The translations under genes and the position numbers were made by a program. A DNA stretch of 64,000 nt from positions 509,429-573,428 of the forward strand of contig CP129476.1 of the NCBI GenBank assembly GCA_030583805.1, given 5' to 3'. This stretch comes from Patescibacteria group bacterium. GTDB taxonomy: Bacteria; Patescibacteriota; Patescibacteriia; SG8-24; DYFX01. Position 1 is the stretch's first letter; each line of letters starts with the position of its first letter. Shown one piece after another: positions 24,980-34,255 of this stretch. The notes under the pieces are model-generated. The model ran no database searches, was not told the origin of the DNA, and saw nothing but the letters and a program-made list of their open reading frames with translations.

Positions 24980-25282
24980 TCAAACGCCAAGGATCGCACG
25001 GAGCTCTTCGGACGGTTCCCACGGCGGATCGAACGTCACTTCGATGTCGACGACGCGGAGCCCGAGCATGAGCAGGCTTTGCTTCAATTCCCCCAGGAGC
25101 TGCGGGCCGTACGGGCAAAGCGGCGTCGTGAACGTCATCTTGACCTTGAGCTGCTCTTCGTCCTCCGAAAGCTCGAAGCCGTAAATCAGCCCGAGCGTCC
25201 AGATGTCGATGTGGAGCTCCGGATCCTGCGTATGCTTGAAGACTTCCGTGATTTTTTCTTTCATCGTCATATCAGTTTGCAA
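24980..25282 (-). CDS. DUF59/MIP18-family Fe-S assembly protein (SufT-like)
   Basis: ...DPELHIDIWTLGLIYGFELSEDEEQLKVKMTFTTPLCPYGPQLLGELKQSLLMLGLRVVDIEVTFDPPW.... Start ambiguous (M1/M5/M7). Confidence 0.7.
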   Translation of the reverse strand: MQTDMTMKEKITEVFKHTQDPELHIDIWTLGLIYGFELSEDEEQLKVKMTFTTPLCPYGPQLLGELKQSLLMLGLRVVDIEVTFDPPWEPSEELRAILGV

Positions 25283-26006
25283 TCGCTTCGTATCCCTCTT
25301 TGCCGATCCGTTCCGCGAGCTCGTTGCCGCCCTCCGCCACGATCTTGCCGTCCTTCATGACGTGCACGCGATCGGGCCGCAACGCCTCGAGCAGTTTCGG
25401 GTTGTGGCTGATGACCAGGATGCCGATGTTCGGCCCTCGGAGCCGCGCCAGGCCGTCGGTCACGATCTTGAGCGCATCGACGTCGAGGCCGGAATCGGTT
25501 TCATCGAGCACGGCGTAAGCCGGATCGAGCACCGAGAGCTGCAGCACTTCGGCGCGCTTCTTCTCGCCGCCGGAGAAGCCGGCGTTCAAGTGACGGCGCG
25601 CGAAGGCCGGGTCGATTTTCAAATCTTCCATCCGCGCCTGAAGCAGCGCGTGGAACTCGAGCACCGAAAGCGGCTGCTCTTTCACGGCGTTGAAAGCCGT
25701 GCGCAAGAAACTTGAAAGCGTCACGCCCGGGATTTCCGGCGTGGATTGCATCGAGAGGAAGAGTCCGGCCTTGGCGCGCTCGTGCGGCGCGGCGGCCGTC
25801 AGGTCGCGTCCGTCGAGCGCGATCGTACCGCTTGTCGCGACGTACGAAGGATGCCCCGCGAGCGCGTTGGCGAACGTCGACTTGCCGGAACCGTTCGGTC
25901 CCATGAGCGCGTGCACTTCGCCTTTCTTCACTTCCAAAGAAACGCCTTTGACGATTTCCTTGGCGTCGCGCGCCACGTGCAGATTGTCGATCTTGAGAGA
26001 TGCCAT
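25272..26006 (-). CDS. sufC: Fe-S cluster assembly ATPase SufC
   Basis: Walker A GPNGSGKST. Signature FSGGEKKRAEVLQL. Walker B AVLDETDSGLD. Start taken at MASLKIDNLHV (4-nt overlap with the sufU stop). Confidence 0.9.
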   Translation of the reverse strand: MASLKIDNLHVARDAKEIVKGVSLEVKKGEVHALMGPNGSGKSTFANALAGHPSYVATSGTIALDGRDLTAAAPHERAKAGLFLSMQSTPEIPGVTLSSFLRTAFNAVKEQPLSVLEFHALLQARMEDLKIDPAFARRHLNAGFSGGEKKRAEVLQLSVLDPAYAVLDETDSGLDVDALKIVTDGLARLRGPNIGILVISHNPKLLEALRPDRVHVMKDGKIVAEGGNELAERIGKEGYEAIAN

Positions 26007-26007
26007 A

Positions 26008-26382
26008 TCAGTGTTTTTCATTCAGCGCGGACTTGAGCGTCCGGAGCGAGAGCATCGCGCATTTCATGCGCATCGGGCCGACGTCGATGCCGAGCATCTC
26101 CAGGATATCGCGTTCCGAGAGCGCGAGCACCTCCGCGAGCGGCCGTCCCTTGATGCGGTCAGTCAACATCGAGACGCTGGCCTGACTCACGGCGCAGCCC
26201 TTTCCGTCGAACTTCACGTCCCGCACGCGGTCGCACGCGTCGAGCGACAGGAAGAGCTCGATCACGTCGCCGCAGCTGGGATTGAGTTCACGCGCGCGCA
26301 GCGAGGCGTCTTCAAGCCGTCCCGCGTTATGGGGATGCTTGTAGTGGTCGAGGATATTTTCCATGTAGAGATTCTCTTCCAT
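26008..26382 (-). CDS. sufU: SUF system Zn-dependent sulfurtransferase SufU (IscU/NifU-like)
   Basis: ...ILDHYKHPHNAGRLEDASLRARELNPSCGDVIELFLSLDA...GKGCAVSQASVSMLTDRIKG.... Conserved Cys-Asp-Cys ligands. Confidence 0.85.
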   Translation of the reverse strand: MEENLYMENILDHYKHPHNAGRLEDASLRARELNPSCGDVIELFLSLDACDRVRDVKFDGKGCAVSQASVSMLTDRIKGRPLAEVLALSERDILEMLGIDVGPMRMKCAMLSLRTLKSALNEKH

Positions 26383-26383
26383 A

Positions 26384-27595
26384 TCAGAGTTTCAGCGTCG
26401 CCCTGGCAGCTTGAATCGCTTCCACGAGCGCGTCGACATCTTCCTTGCCATTATAAATCCCGAAGCTGGCGCGACAGGTGCCCGTCACGCCGAGCTTGCC
26501 CATGAGCGGCATCGCGCAATGATGTCCGCCGCGCACGGCCACGCCTTCGCGGTCGAAGATCGTCGCGAGATCGTGCGGATGCGCGCCGGCGACTTCGAAA
26601 GAGATCGCGCCGATGCGCTCCCCCGCTTCCGGCCCGATGATCTTCACCCCCGGAACCGCGGGAAGCTTTTCAAGCGCGTACGCCGTGAGATCGCGATCAT
26701 GCGCTTCGACGGCATCCATGCCGATCGTTTCCAAATACGAAATCGCCGCGCCCAGTCCGATCACGCCCGCGATGTTCGGCGTGCCCGCTTCGAATTTCAT
26801 CGGCGCGTCGTTCCAGGTCGAGGCTTCATACTTCACCTCGCGGATCATGTCGCCGCCGTACTGCGCGGGCTCCATCTTTTCCAAAAGCGCTTTCTTGCCG
26901 TAGAGCACGCCGACGCCCGTCGGGCCGTAGGTCTTGTGGCCGGAGAACGCCAGGAAATCGCAATCGAGATCACGGACATCGACCTTCATGTGCGGCACGG
27001 ACTGCGCGGCATCGAGAATGAAGAGGGCGCCGATCGCATGCGCGAGCGCCGCAAGCTCTTTCGCGGGGTTCACCGTGCCGAGCGCGTTCGAGGCGTGCGC
27101 GATCGACACCGCTTTCGTCTTCGGCGTGATCAGCGCGCGCGCCGCGTCCATGTCGAGACGGTACGCCTTCGTGATCGGGATATATTTCAAAACGAACCCG
27201 TGGCGCTTGGCGGCTTCCTGCCACGGCACCAGGTTGGCGTGATGTTCCATCTCGGTCAGCACGACTTCGTCGCCGGGACCGAACGTGCGGCCGAGCGAGG
27301 TTGCGAGAAGATTCAACGCTTCCGTCGTGCCTTTGGTGAACACGATTTCTTCCGGCGCCGAAGCATTCAAAAACTTCGCAACGATGCCGCGCACGGCCTC
27401 GTAGCGCTCCGTCGCCTCCCCCGCCGTCTTGTACATGCCGCGATGCACGTTGGATCGGAAGTTCTGGTAATAGTCGTTCATCGCTTCGAGAACGGAAACC
27501 GGCGTGAGCGACGATGCGGCCGAATCCAAGTACGCCCGCATGCCCATGGCGTGGAGCGAAGGAAAATCTTTTTGGATGTCGTGTGGCAGCTTCAT
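26384..27595 (-). CDS. sufS: Cysteine desulfurase SufS (class V aminotransferase)
   Basis: ...YLDSAASSLTP...FTKGTTEALNL...SGHKTYGPTGVGVLYGK...RGGHHCAMPLM.... The PLP-Lys and active-site Cys motifs are present. Start taken at MKLPHDIQKDFP to avoid a 41-nt overlap. Confidence 0.9.
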   Translation of the reverse strand: MKLPHDIQKDFPSLHAMGMRAYLDSAASSLTPVSVLEAMNDYYQNFRSNVHRGMYKTAGEATERYEAVRGIVAKFLNASAPEEIVFTKGTTEALNLLATSLGRTFGPGDEVVLTEMEHHANLVPWQEAAKRHGFVLKYIPITKAYRLDMDAARALITPKTKAVSIAHASNALGTVNPAKELAALAHAIGALFILDAAQSVPHMKVDVRDLDCDFLAFSGHKTYGPTGVGVLYGKKALLEKMEPAQYGGDMIREVKYEASTWNDAPMKFEAGTPNIAGVIGLGAAISYLETIGMDAVEAHDRDLTAYALEKLPAVPGVKIIGPEAGERIGAISFEVAGAHPHDLATIFDREGVAVRGGHHCAMPLMGKLGVTGTCRASFGIYNGKEDVDALVEAIQAARATLKL

Positions 27596-27596
27596 A

Positions 27597-28352
27597 TCAG
27601 GAAAGTTTGGCGAGGTACGGCTCGACGAACGCTTCAATCAGCATCGCTTCGGCGGAAGCTTCATCGAGACCGCGCGACATGAGATAAAACTTTTTTTCCG
27701 CATCGATCCGGCCGACCGTCGCCGCGTGCGAGCAACGCACGTCCTGGTTCTCGATCTCAAGCATCGGCACGGCGTCGATCTCGGCGGTGTCGGCAAGCAA
27801 CAGCGTTTCTTCTTTCTGGCGGCTGACGCAACCCGAAGCGTCCTTCTCGACGCGCACGAGGCCGCGGACGATCGCTTTGGCGTCGCCCGAAAGCACGCTG
27901 CCGACGCGCAGGTTGGAAACGGTGCGGGACGCCGCGTGAATGATCTCATGTTTCACGTCGAACCGCTGTTGCTGCGCGCCGCGCAAGAGACTCGTCGCTT
28001 CAACTTCGGCTCCTTCGCCTTCGAGGCGCGTCACGAACGACGCGCGCGAAAATGCGGGCGCGGAGCACTCGTCGATCCATTCGAGTTTCGCGTTCTTCGC
28101 GAGACGCGCTTCGCGGCGCACGAATTCGACCGAAGATACCGACTTCGCCACATAAACGACGCGGGCGCCCTCGCCGATTTCAAGCCGGATCTCGGCATCG
28201 CGGTCCCCTTCCGCATCCTCAACGATCCGCATGACCGCGCCGGCCGGCACGTCGATCGTCTTCGTTTGGGCAACCAAAGCCGCCCGATCGAACCCTTCCG
28301 GGGACTCAGGCATGAAAATGCCGATGCCGTATTTGAGAAGCTTGGTCGCCAT
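27597..28352 (-). CDS. sufD: SufD-like Fe-S assembly protein (short, 251-aa form)
   Basis: C-terminal SufB/SufD core ...VKHEIIHAASRTVSNLRVGSVLSGDAKAIVRGLVRV...EIDAVPMLEIENQDVRCSHAATVGRIDAEKKFYLMSRGLDEASAEAMLIEAF.... Position between sufB and sufS. Confidence 0.75.
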   Translation of the reverse strand: MATKLLKYGIGIFMPESPEGFDRAALVAQTKTIDVPAGAVMRIVEDAEGDRDAEIRLEIGEGARVVYVAKSVSSVEFVRREARLAKNAKLEWIDECSAPAFSRASFVTRLEGEGAEVEATSLLRGAQQQRFDVKHEIIHAASRTVSNLRVGSVLSGDAKAIVRGLVRVEKDASGCVSRQKEETLLLADTAEIDAVPMLEIENQDVRCSHAATVGRIDAEKKFYLMSRGLDEASAEAMLIEAFVEPYLAKLS

Positions 28353-28353
28353 A

Positions 28354-29745
28354 TCAGCCGATAGAGCCTTCCATTTCGAGTTCGATCAGCTTGTTGAGTT
28401 CCACCGCGTATTCGAGCGGCAGCGACCTCACGATCGGCTCGACGAAACCGCTCACGATCATGCGCATGGCCGCGTCCTGCGAAAGGCCGCGCGACATGAG
28501 ATAGAACAATTCTTCTTCGCCGATCTTGCCGACCGTCGCTTCGTGCGCGACGTCGACTTTATCGGTCGTCACTTTCATGAACGGATAGGTGTTGGAAACG
28601 GAACCTTCATCAATCAAGAGCGCGTCGCAGGAAACGCTCGACTTCGAACCTTCCGCCGCGTGCGTCGCGCTGACGTAGCCGCGATACGACGAAATGCCGC
28701 CGCCTTTCGAGATGCTCTTGGCGCGGATCGTGCTCGTCGTGTTCGGCGCGGCGTGAATGACTTTCGAGCCGGTGTCCTGGTTTTGGCCAGGACCGGCAAA
28801 GGCGACGCCGAGCGAATGCGACTGCGAGCCTTCGCCGCGCAAAATCGAGCACGGGTACAGCATCGTGACGCCCGAACCCATGTTGCCGTTCACCCATTCG
28901 ACGACGCCGTTCTTATCGACGACCGCGCGCTTGGTGTTCAGGTTGTAGGTGTTCTTGCTCCAGTTCTCGACGCTCGAATAGCGAATGCGCGCGCCTTCAT
29001 GCACGTGCAGTTCCACGCAACCGGCGTGGATCGAGCTCGCGTTGTACCGCGGCGCCGAGCAGCCTTCGATGTACTGCACTTCCGAACCTTCGTCGGCGAT
29101 GATCAGCGTGTGCTCGAACTGGCCGCCGCGTTCGGCGTTCATGCGGAAGTACGCTTGAAGAGGCACGTTCACCTTCACGCCCTTCGGCACGTAGATGAAG
29201 GTGCCGCCGCTCCAAACCGCGGCGTGCAGCATGATGAACTTGTGGTCGTGCGGCGGAATGCAATCCGTCATGAAGTATTTCTTCACGAGCTCCGGATACT
29301 TGCGCACGGCTTCATCCATGTTCTCGAAGATGACGCCCTTCTCTTCCCATTCCTTTTTCAAATTGTGATAGACGACTTCGGAGTCGTACTGAGCACCCAC
29401 GCCCGAAAGCGCGTGGCGTTCCGCTTCCGGAATGCCGAGCTTCTCGAACGTCTCGCGGATCTTGTCCGGCACCGTCGCCCACGACTGCGATTCTTCCGCG
29501 TCGGGACGCACGAAATACGTGATCTGATCGAGATTGAGTTTCGAAAGATCCGGTCCCCACGAAGGCATCGGCGTGCGCTTGAACATCTCGAACGCCTTGA
29601 GGCGCAGCTGCAGCATCCAGTCCGGCTCGTTCTTCGACGCCGAAATTTCCCGGACCACCTCTTCGGTGAGCCCGAGCTCGGCCGCGTGGCGCGTCACGCC
29701 TTCGGCCGCCTTGTCGTAGACGTCGCGAAAATCTTTATCAGCCAT
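28354..29745 (-). CDS. sufB: Fe-S cluster assembly scaffold SufB
   Basis: ...EPDWMLQLRLKAFEMFKRTPMPSWGPDLSKLNLDQITYFV......HEATVGKIGEEELFYLMSRGLSQDAAMRMIVSGF.... Canonical SufB length and motifs. Start taken at the MADKDF methionine. Confidence 0.9.
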   Translation of the reverse strand: MADKDFRDVYDKAAEGVTRHAAELGLTEEVVREISASKNEPDWMLQLRLKAFEMFKRTPMPSWGPDLSKLNLDQITYFVRPDAEESQSWATVPDKIRETFEKLGIPEAERHALSGVGAQYDSEVVYHNLKKEWEEKGVIFENMDEAVRKYPELVKKYFMTDCIPPHDHKFIMLHAAVWSGGTFIYVPKGVKVNVPLQAYFRMNAERGGQFEHTLIIADEGSEVQYIEGCSAPRYNASSIHAGCVELHVHEGARIRYSSVENWSKNTYNLNTKRAVVDKNGVVEWVNGNMGSGVTMLYPCSILRGEGSQSHSLGVAFAGPGQNQDTGSKVIHAAPNTTSTIRAKSISKGGGISSYRGYVSATHAAEGSKSSVSCDALLIDEGSVSNTYPFMKVTTDKVDVAHEATVGKIGEEELFYLMSRGLSQDAAMRMIVSGFVEPIVRSLPLEYAVELNKLIELEMEGSIG

Positions 29746-29746
29746 A

Positions 29747-30172
29747 TTATTTCGCCACGTCGGCAATCGTCGTATTCATGAGCGTCGCCATCACTTGGCC
29801 CTGGACCTTCGTGAGAATACCTGCGTCGTGATGATGTCCGACGGCCGTGCACGCTTCGCGCTCCATCGGACCCTCGACAGCATTCATCACGTCGGCGACG
29901 GTCAGCGTCTTCGGGTCGTGCGCCAAACGATAGCCGCCGGCCGCGCCGCGCACGCCTTCGACGATCTTCGCGCGCCGCAAATCACCGGCGACTTCCTCCA
30001 GGAACTTGCGCGACTCCCCGCTCTTCTTCGCCACCTCCTCAATCGAAAGCGGCCCGGCATCCTGAGGACGCTGGGCGAGTTCCGAAACGAGGAGCAAGCC
30101 CAACTGGGCTTTGCGCGTGACTTTAAGAAGGGATTTCACAATTCCTAGTGTCTTACTGGGAATTGATACCAT
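29747..30172 (-). CDS. Rrf2-family transcriptional regulator (IscR/SufR-like), upstream of the suf genes
   Basis: ...TRKAQLGLLLVSELAQRP...SIEEVAKKSGESRKFLEEVAGDLRRAKIVEGVRGAAGGYRLAHDP.... Winged-HTH of the Rrf2 family. Cys/His residues lie downstream. Confidence 0.8.
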   Translation of the reverse strand: MVSIPSKTLGIVKSLLKVTRKAQLGLLLVSELAQRPQDAGPLSIEEVAKKSGESRKFLEEVAGDLRRAKIVEGVRGAAGGYRLAHDPKTLTVADVMNAVEGPMEREACTAVGHHHDAGILTKVQGQVMATLMNTTIADVAK

Positions 30173-30241
30173 GACGGAAAAATAAGGTCAAGCCATTGAC
30201 CGAGCACGGTGAACACCCGTAGGCTGGCCGAGGAGGATTCA

Positions 30242-30586
30242 ATGCGCGCACCGACTCGTTTCGCCCTTGCGACGTTCGCCATCATCGTATTGCTTTCCGG
30301 CTGCGACTACTTGCTCAAGACGAGTCCATCCGATCTTGAAATCGGGACTACAGCCGCTGCACGGTCTGGGTATCGCGTCGAGCATGCTGTGTGCATGAAC
30401 GCCGTTCACCTGTCGGAACCTTCCCTCGTCCACTGTGGCGAAGCCGACTATTTCATCCTTGGTTTCGAAACGCTGAATCGCGCGAACGAGCGCGTGTATC
30501 TCAGGGTGCACTGCAAGAGAGAAACACGGGACTGCGAAGTCATCGTCGAAGACTGGCGCGCCACATACCTCAGGAACGGAAACTGA
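30242..30586 (+). CDS. Small lipoprotein, unknown function
   Basis: MRAPTRFALATFAIIVLLSGCDY has the lipobox LLSGC. Four further Cys residues. Confidence 0.45.
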   Translation: MRAPTRFALATFAIIVLLSGCDYLLKTSPSDLEIGTTAAARSGYRVEHAVCMNAVHLSEPSLVHCGEADYFILGFETLNRANERVYLRVHCKRETRDCEVIVEDWRATYLRNGN

Positions 30587-30685
30587 TTCTCACGGCACCC
30601 GCGACGCAAAGAGCACCCTCGCTCTCGCGTCCGGGTGCTCTTTGTTTTCAGAACGGCTGGCGTATACTCATGTGCGGAGGTACGC

Positions 30686-31033
30686 ATGGAACCCTGGCAC
30701 CTGGATCTGTTGGCCCGAGCCCGACTGCCGGGCGATCTCAATCGGCTGATCGGACAGCGGATCGAGTACGCGTGCCGAACGGACGGCAGCGATAGGAATG
30801 TCCGCACCATCCGCGGCGTCGCTTTCGGCGGCATTCCCGACGACGATCCGGTCGATCCCGATGACCGCGTCGAGGCGGTGCTCTTCCTCATCCTCTCGGA
30901 TGACGGTCCGTCCCGGGAATCGCGCGAGCTCTTTCCCGCGCTCAGGTTCGATGGCGCGCGCTGGACGGTCCGGTCAAAGGATCCGCTCAACATCGAAACG
31001 ACCGTCGTCGTCCTCTCCGTCCGCTTCCCGTGA
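30686..31033 (+). CDS. Hypothetical protein (115 aa)
   Basis: MEPWHLDLLARARLPGDLNRLIGQRIEYACRTDGSDRNVRTIRGVAFGGIPDDD... is followed by a hairpin ggcgcggac-aga-gtccgcgcc at ~31062-31086. Confidence 0.35.
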   Translation: MEPWHLDLLARARLPGDLNRLIGQRIEYACRTDGSDRNVRTIRGVAFGGIPDDDPVDPDDRVEAVLFLILSDDGPSRESRELFPALRFDGARWTVRSKDPLNIETTVVVLSVRFP

Positions 31034-31491
31034 CTCCGTCGCGGGTTTTTTCTTTTAAAAGGCAACGGCGCGGACAGAGTCCGCGCCGGAGGCTGAGGGT
31101 TGAGGGCGAACGCTCCGCTCATCGAAGCGTTCGCGTCGACGTCGCCGCCGCGCTACACGAGCGCGGTCGCGTCGCCGATGTCGTTGATGCTGCCGTCCCG
31201 GATGACGCCTGTCTTGGTGACGCCAGTCTGGGTTGAGGAATCGTGGGCGTCGTCGTTGACCCCGATGTTCCACGTGATGTGGGTGCCGTTCTTGGGAACG
31301 GCGGACGGATGGATCTTCATCGTCTCTTTGCCTCCACTTGGAGTTTCTTCACGACCCGGCATGGGTCATGTCAAAACCCAAGCTATCAAAACTTTTTGGA
31401 ACCGTCAATGCGCATACCCGCCAACCTTGCTTGTTTTAGGCCTTTTCGCTATAGTGGCTCCCGTAATCAACTTTCCGAGATCGGCCTCCCA

Positions 31492-32043
31492 ATGCGTATC
31501 CATCCGAAAAAATTCCGCCGCCCCGTCGAAGTCGCGCCGCTCTATCGGGCCAACTTGCAAATCCAGGCACCCGAAGTCCGCGTCATCGATGAAAACGGCG
31601 TAAACCTGGGAGTGCTGCCGACGGCTCAAGCCGCCGCGATGGCCCAAGAACGGGGGTACGACCTCGTCGAGGTCGATCCGCGCCCGCAGCCACCGATCTG
31701 CAAGATCCTGAACCTCGGCCAATTCAAGTACGAACGCGAGCGCGAAATGCGCAAGCAGAAGGCCAAGGCCAAGCAGGTGGAAGTCAAAGGCATCCGCCTC
31801 TCCCCCCGCATCGGCGCCCACGACCGCGAAACCCGTTTCCGCCTCGCCGAACGGTTCCTGGAAGAGGGCGATAAGCTCAGGATCGAAATCATCCTGCGCG
31901 GTCGCGAGAAGGCCCACGCCGAACTGGCCAAAGGGGTCATCCAGAACTTCGTGAAGTCGCTGCAGGAGAAATACCCCCTAAATATCGAGCAACAGATCGC
32001 TGTCCAGGGGGGCCAGTTGACAATGATCGTCGGAAAGAAGTAA
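31492..32043 (+). CDS. infC: Translation initiation factor IF-3
   Basis: ...EVRVIDENGVNLGVLPTAQAAAMAQERGYDLVEVDPRPQPPICKILNLGQFKYERERE...VKGIRLSPRIGAHDRETRFRLAERFLEEGDKLRIEIILRGRE.... The canonical infC-rpmI-rplT order follows. Confidence 0.9.
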   Translation: MRIHPKKFRRPVEVAPLYRANLQIQAPEVRVIDENGVNLGVLPTAQAAAMAQERGYDLVEVDPRPQPPICKILNLGQFKYEREREMRKQKAKAKQVEVKGIRLSPRIGAHDRETRFRLAERFLEEGDKLRIEIILRGREKAHAELAKGVIQNFVKSLQEKYPLNIEQQIAVQGGQLTMIVGKK

Positions 32044-32055
32044 GCTACGCCCGCT

Positions 32056-32256
32056 ATGAAAGCCAAAACGAAGAAAGCCTTCGCCAAGCGCATCAAAGTC
32101 ACCAAAAATGGCAAACTTTTGAAGCGCGCAGCCGGCCAAGACCATTTTAACTCCCGTGATACGGGAGTGCAGACCAAGCGCAAGCGCCGGGATACCAATA
32201 TGTCGGAATCCTACCGCCACTCGCTCAAGAGCCTGCTCCCTAACCACAACGTCTAA
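32056..32256 (+). CDS. rpmI: 50S ribosomal protein L35
   Basis: MKAKTKKAFAKRIKVTKNGKLLKRAAGQDHFNSRDTGVQTKRKRR... Confidence 0.9.
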   Translation: MKAKTKKAFAKRIKVTKNGKLLKRAAGQDHFNSRDTGVQTKRKRRDTNMSESYRHSLKSLLPNHNV

Positions 32257-32258
32257 GT

Positions 32259-32618
32259 ATGCCGCGCGTCAAACGAGGTCTCGTCCGCGCCCGCAAGCGC
32301 GCCCGTATCTTGAAAAAGACGAAGGGCATGATGTGGGGGCGCAAGAGCAAGATCAAGCTCGCCAAAACCGCCGCCACCAAGGCTGGCGCCTATGCCTACC
32401 GCGATCGCCGCACCAAGAAGCGCGACATGCGCTCCCTCTGGCTCCTGCGCTTGAACGCCGGTCTCCGCGAACTCGGCCTGTCCTACAGCAAGTTCGCCGG
32501 CATGCTCAAAAAGGCCCAAATCAGCCTCGACCGCAAGGTCCTCGCCGACTTGGCCGCCAACCATCCCGCAATCTTCAAGGCCTTGGTCGAAACGACCACC
32601 AAACTGGCCGCGAAATAA
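32259..32618 (+). CDS. rplT: 50S ribosomal protein L20
   Basis: MPRVKRGLVRARKRARILKKTKGMMWGRKSKIKLAKTAATKAGAYAYRDRRTKKRDMRSLWLLRLNAGLRELGLSYSKFAGMLKKAQISLDRKVLADLA... Confidence 0.95.
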   Translation: MPRVKRGLVRARKRARILKKTKGMMWGRKSKIKLAKTAATKAGAYAYRDRRTKKRDMRSLWLLRLNAGLRELGLSYSKFAGMLKKAQISLDRKVLADLAANHPAIFKALVETTTKLAAK

Positions 32619-32791
32619 GCTCGAATCCAGAAAGTCAGGGCGACCCCAAAAGCCTTGACTTTTTTGGTATTTTGTGATATCTTGGCATGTCCCTACAAAG
32701 TAGGGTCCTTCCGTCAAAATGGCGGTTGCCAGCCTATTCTCGAAGAGAACCACGTTCATTCCATCAACCACACCCTGAAGGAGGTGGCCAC

Positions 32792-34255
32792 ATGAGCCAC
32801 GAAAAGGATCACTGTCCCAAGTGCAGTCTGCACCTGAACACGCACACTCTGGAGTGTGGTGAAGGCGGTTTCCGCTTCGAGTGCAACCGGGATCCCGCGC
32901 TCGGCATCGACGCCTGCGCGGTGAAGATCTGGAAGCTCCTCACACTGGAGGAGACGCACGACGCGGACATGGCGAAGCTGAAGAGCAACCATGCCATCGA
33001 GCTCAGCGCCAAGCAGAAGCTGCTCGACGATCAGATGATCGAGCTGCAGAGCGCCCGCGCCAAGGCCGACGACGTCGAGCGCATCCTGCAGGTCCAACTC
33101 GGACACGCCCGCACGGCCATGGAGGCGACCCACAAGGCCGCCATCAAGACCGTCGAGGAGGCGAAGGACGAGGCAATGCGCATCTTGCGCGAAGGACAGC
33201 AGGCTGCGTACAACGAGCTGGAGAACCGGTACAACGCGAGCCAAGCGATGCTTCGGGGAACCGAAGAGAAGGTTGCAGCTCGCGTCGCCGACATCGCCCA
33301 GCTCGAAGCGCAGCTCAGCGCGCAGCGAACGACTCACGCAGAGGAGCTCGCCGCCGCCGATCGTCGCTACCGCGAACTGGACGATCGCCTCGCGGAGACG
33401 CTCAAGGCTCTCGCCAAGGCCGAAACGGAGCGTGACGCCGCACTGGCTGCCAAGGCCAAGGCGGAGAGCCACGCGCGTGCGGCCGAAGGCGAGGAGGGCA
33501 TCGCGAAGGACGAGGTTCGAACCATGAAGGTGGAGCTCAACCAGCTCCGCGCCATGGCTCGACGCCCCGGACAAGCGGAGCTCTATCGCCTGCAGGAGGG
33601 GTTCAAGTGGTTCGTCGAGAACTACGGATCGCTCCCGGCTGACGTCGAGAAGCAGATTCTCGTCGGCATCCCGGTCGTTTCGGAGAACGAGACTGCTCCG
33701 CCGCCGGTCGTCGAGGCGCCCGAGGACGATTCCATCGTCCCTCACGGCTCCGAAGCTTCCGACAGCGTGGTGACCGCAACTCCCGCGGAGTCCGCGATCG
33801 AACCGCCGTCGACGAGCATCGTCGATGACGCGCAGATCGTGGCCGAAGCGGCTGCGAGCGGCCACCAGCCCGTCGAGGCTACCGCCTCGGCGATCGAGCT
33901 CAGCATGCACGGTTCGCACATCATCCGCGGGATCGACGAGATCCTCGCGGAGCTCGGAGCCCCGACGGACGACGCCGGAGCGGACGAGCTGCCGACGTGC
34001 GAGTCGCCCGATGGGTGCACGAACGCCGTGACGAAGGTCGCGACGCTCATGTCCCCCGACGGCGGCGAGCTCAAGGTGCACGCCTGCGACGACTGCGCCG
34101 CGCATCCGACCTCGTTCGTGTCCGGGCTCGTCGAGCACGGATTCGACATCGACGAGGACGCGCTGCGCGAGCTGTTCGTCCAGACCGAGAACGACCTGTT
34201 CCTTCCCCCCGATCCTTCAACCTTCGACGCTCCCCAGGAGACCCCCAATGCCTAG
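32792..34255 (+). CDS. Zn-ribbon plus long coiled-coil protein with an acidic, Cys-containing C-terminal domain (487 aa), unknown function
   Basis: GAAGGAGGTG precedes the ATG. MSHEKDHCPKCSLHLNTHTLECGEGGFRFEC is the Zn ribbon. About 250 aa are heptad/Ala-Glu-Leu-rich. The C-terminus ...CESPDGCTNAVTKVATLMSPDGGELKVHACDDCAAHP is a second Cys cluster. Confidence 0.5.
   Translation: MSHEKDHCPKCSLHLNTHTLECGEGGFRFECNRDPALGIDACAVKIWKLLTLEETHDADMAKLKSNHAIELSAKQKLLDDQMIELQSARAKADDVERILQVQLGHARTAMEATHKAAIKTVEEAKDEAMRILREGQQAAYNELENRYNASQAMLRGTEEKVAARVADIAQLEAQLSAQRTTHAEELAAADRRYRELDDRLAETLKALAKAETERDAALAAKAKAESHARAAEGEEGIAKDEVRTMKVELNQLRAMARRPGQAELYRLQEGFKWFVENYGSLPADVEKQILVGIPVVSENETAPPPVVEAPEDDSIVPHGSEASDSVVTATPAESAIEPPSTSIVDDAQIVAEAAASGHQPVEATASAIELSMHGSHIIRGIDEILAELGAPTDDAGADELPTCESPDGCTNAVTKVATLMSPDGGELKVHACDDCAAHPTSFVSGLVEHGFDIDEDALRELFVQTENDLFLPPDPSTFDAPQETPNA

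Noticed and set aside
21597-25071. Plus-strand ORFs 21597..22634, 22641..23447, 23413..25071 opposite the CHASE2 cyclase and FecR genes
   Set aside because: Antisense to genes with strong domain signatures. Typical high-GC Arg/Asp/His-rich artefacts.
26411-29781. Plus-strand ORFs 26411..27682, 27504..28364, 28231..29781 across the suf operon
   Set aside because: The suf genes on the minus strand are unambiguous. These are antisense artefacts.
31100-31603. 167-aa plus-strand ORF and 31153..31362 minus-strand 69-aa ORF between the hypothetical gene and infC
   Set aside because: The plus-strand ORF overlaps the infC start region and is Ser/Pro-rich nonsense. The small minus-strand ORF has some protein-like character but no support. 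It is therefore not listed as a feature.
32756-34138. 460-aa minus-strand ORF opposite the Zn-ribbon coiled-coil gene
   Set aside because: Antisense of an Ala/Glu/Leu-rich coiled-coil gene (GC-rich, few stops on the opposite strand). The plus-strand gene has GAAGGAGGTG 5 nt before its ATG and is translationally coupled to the next gene.
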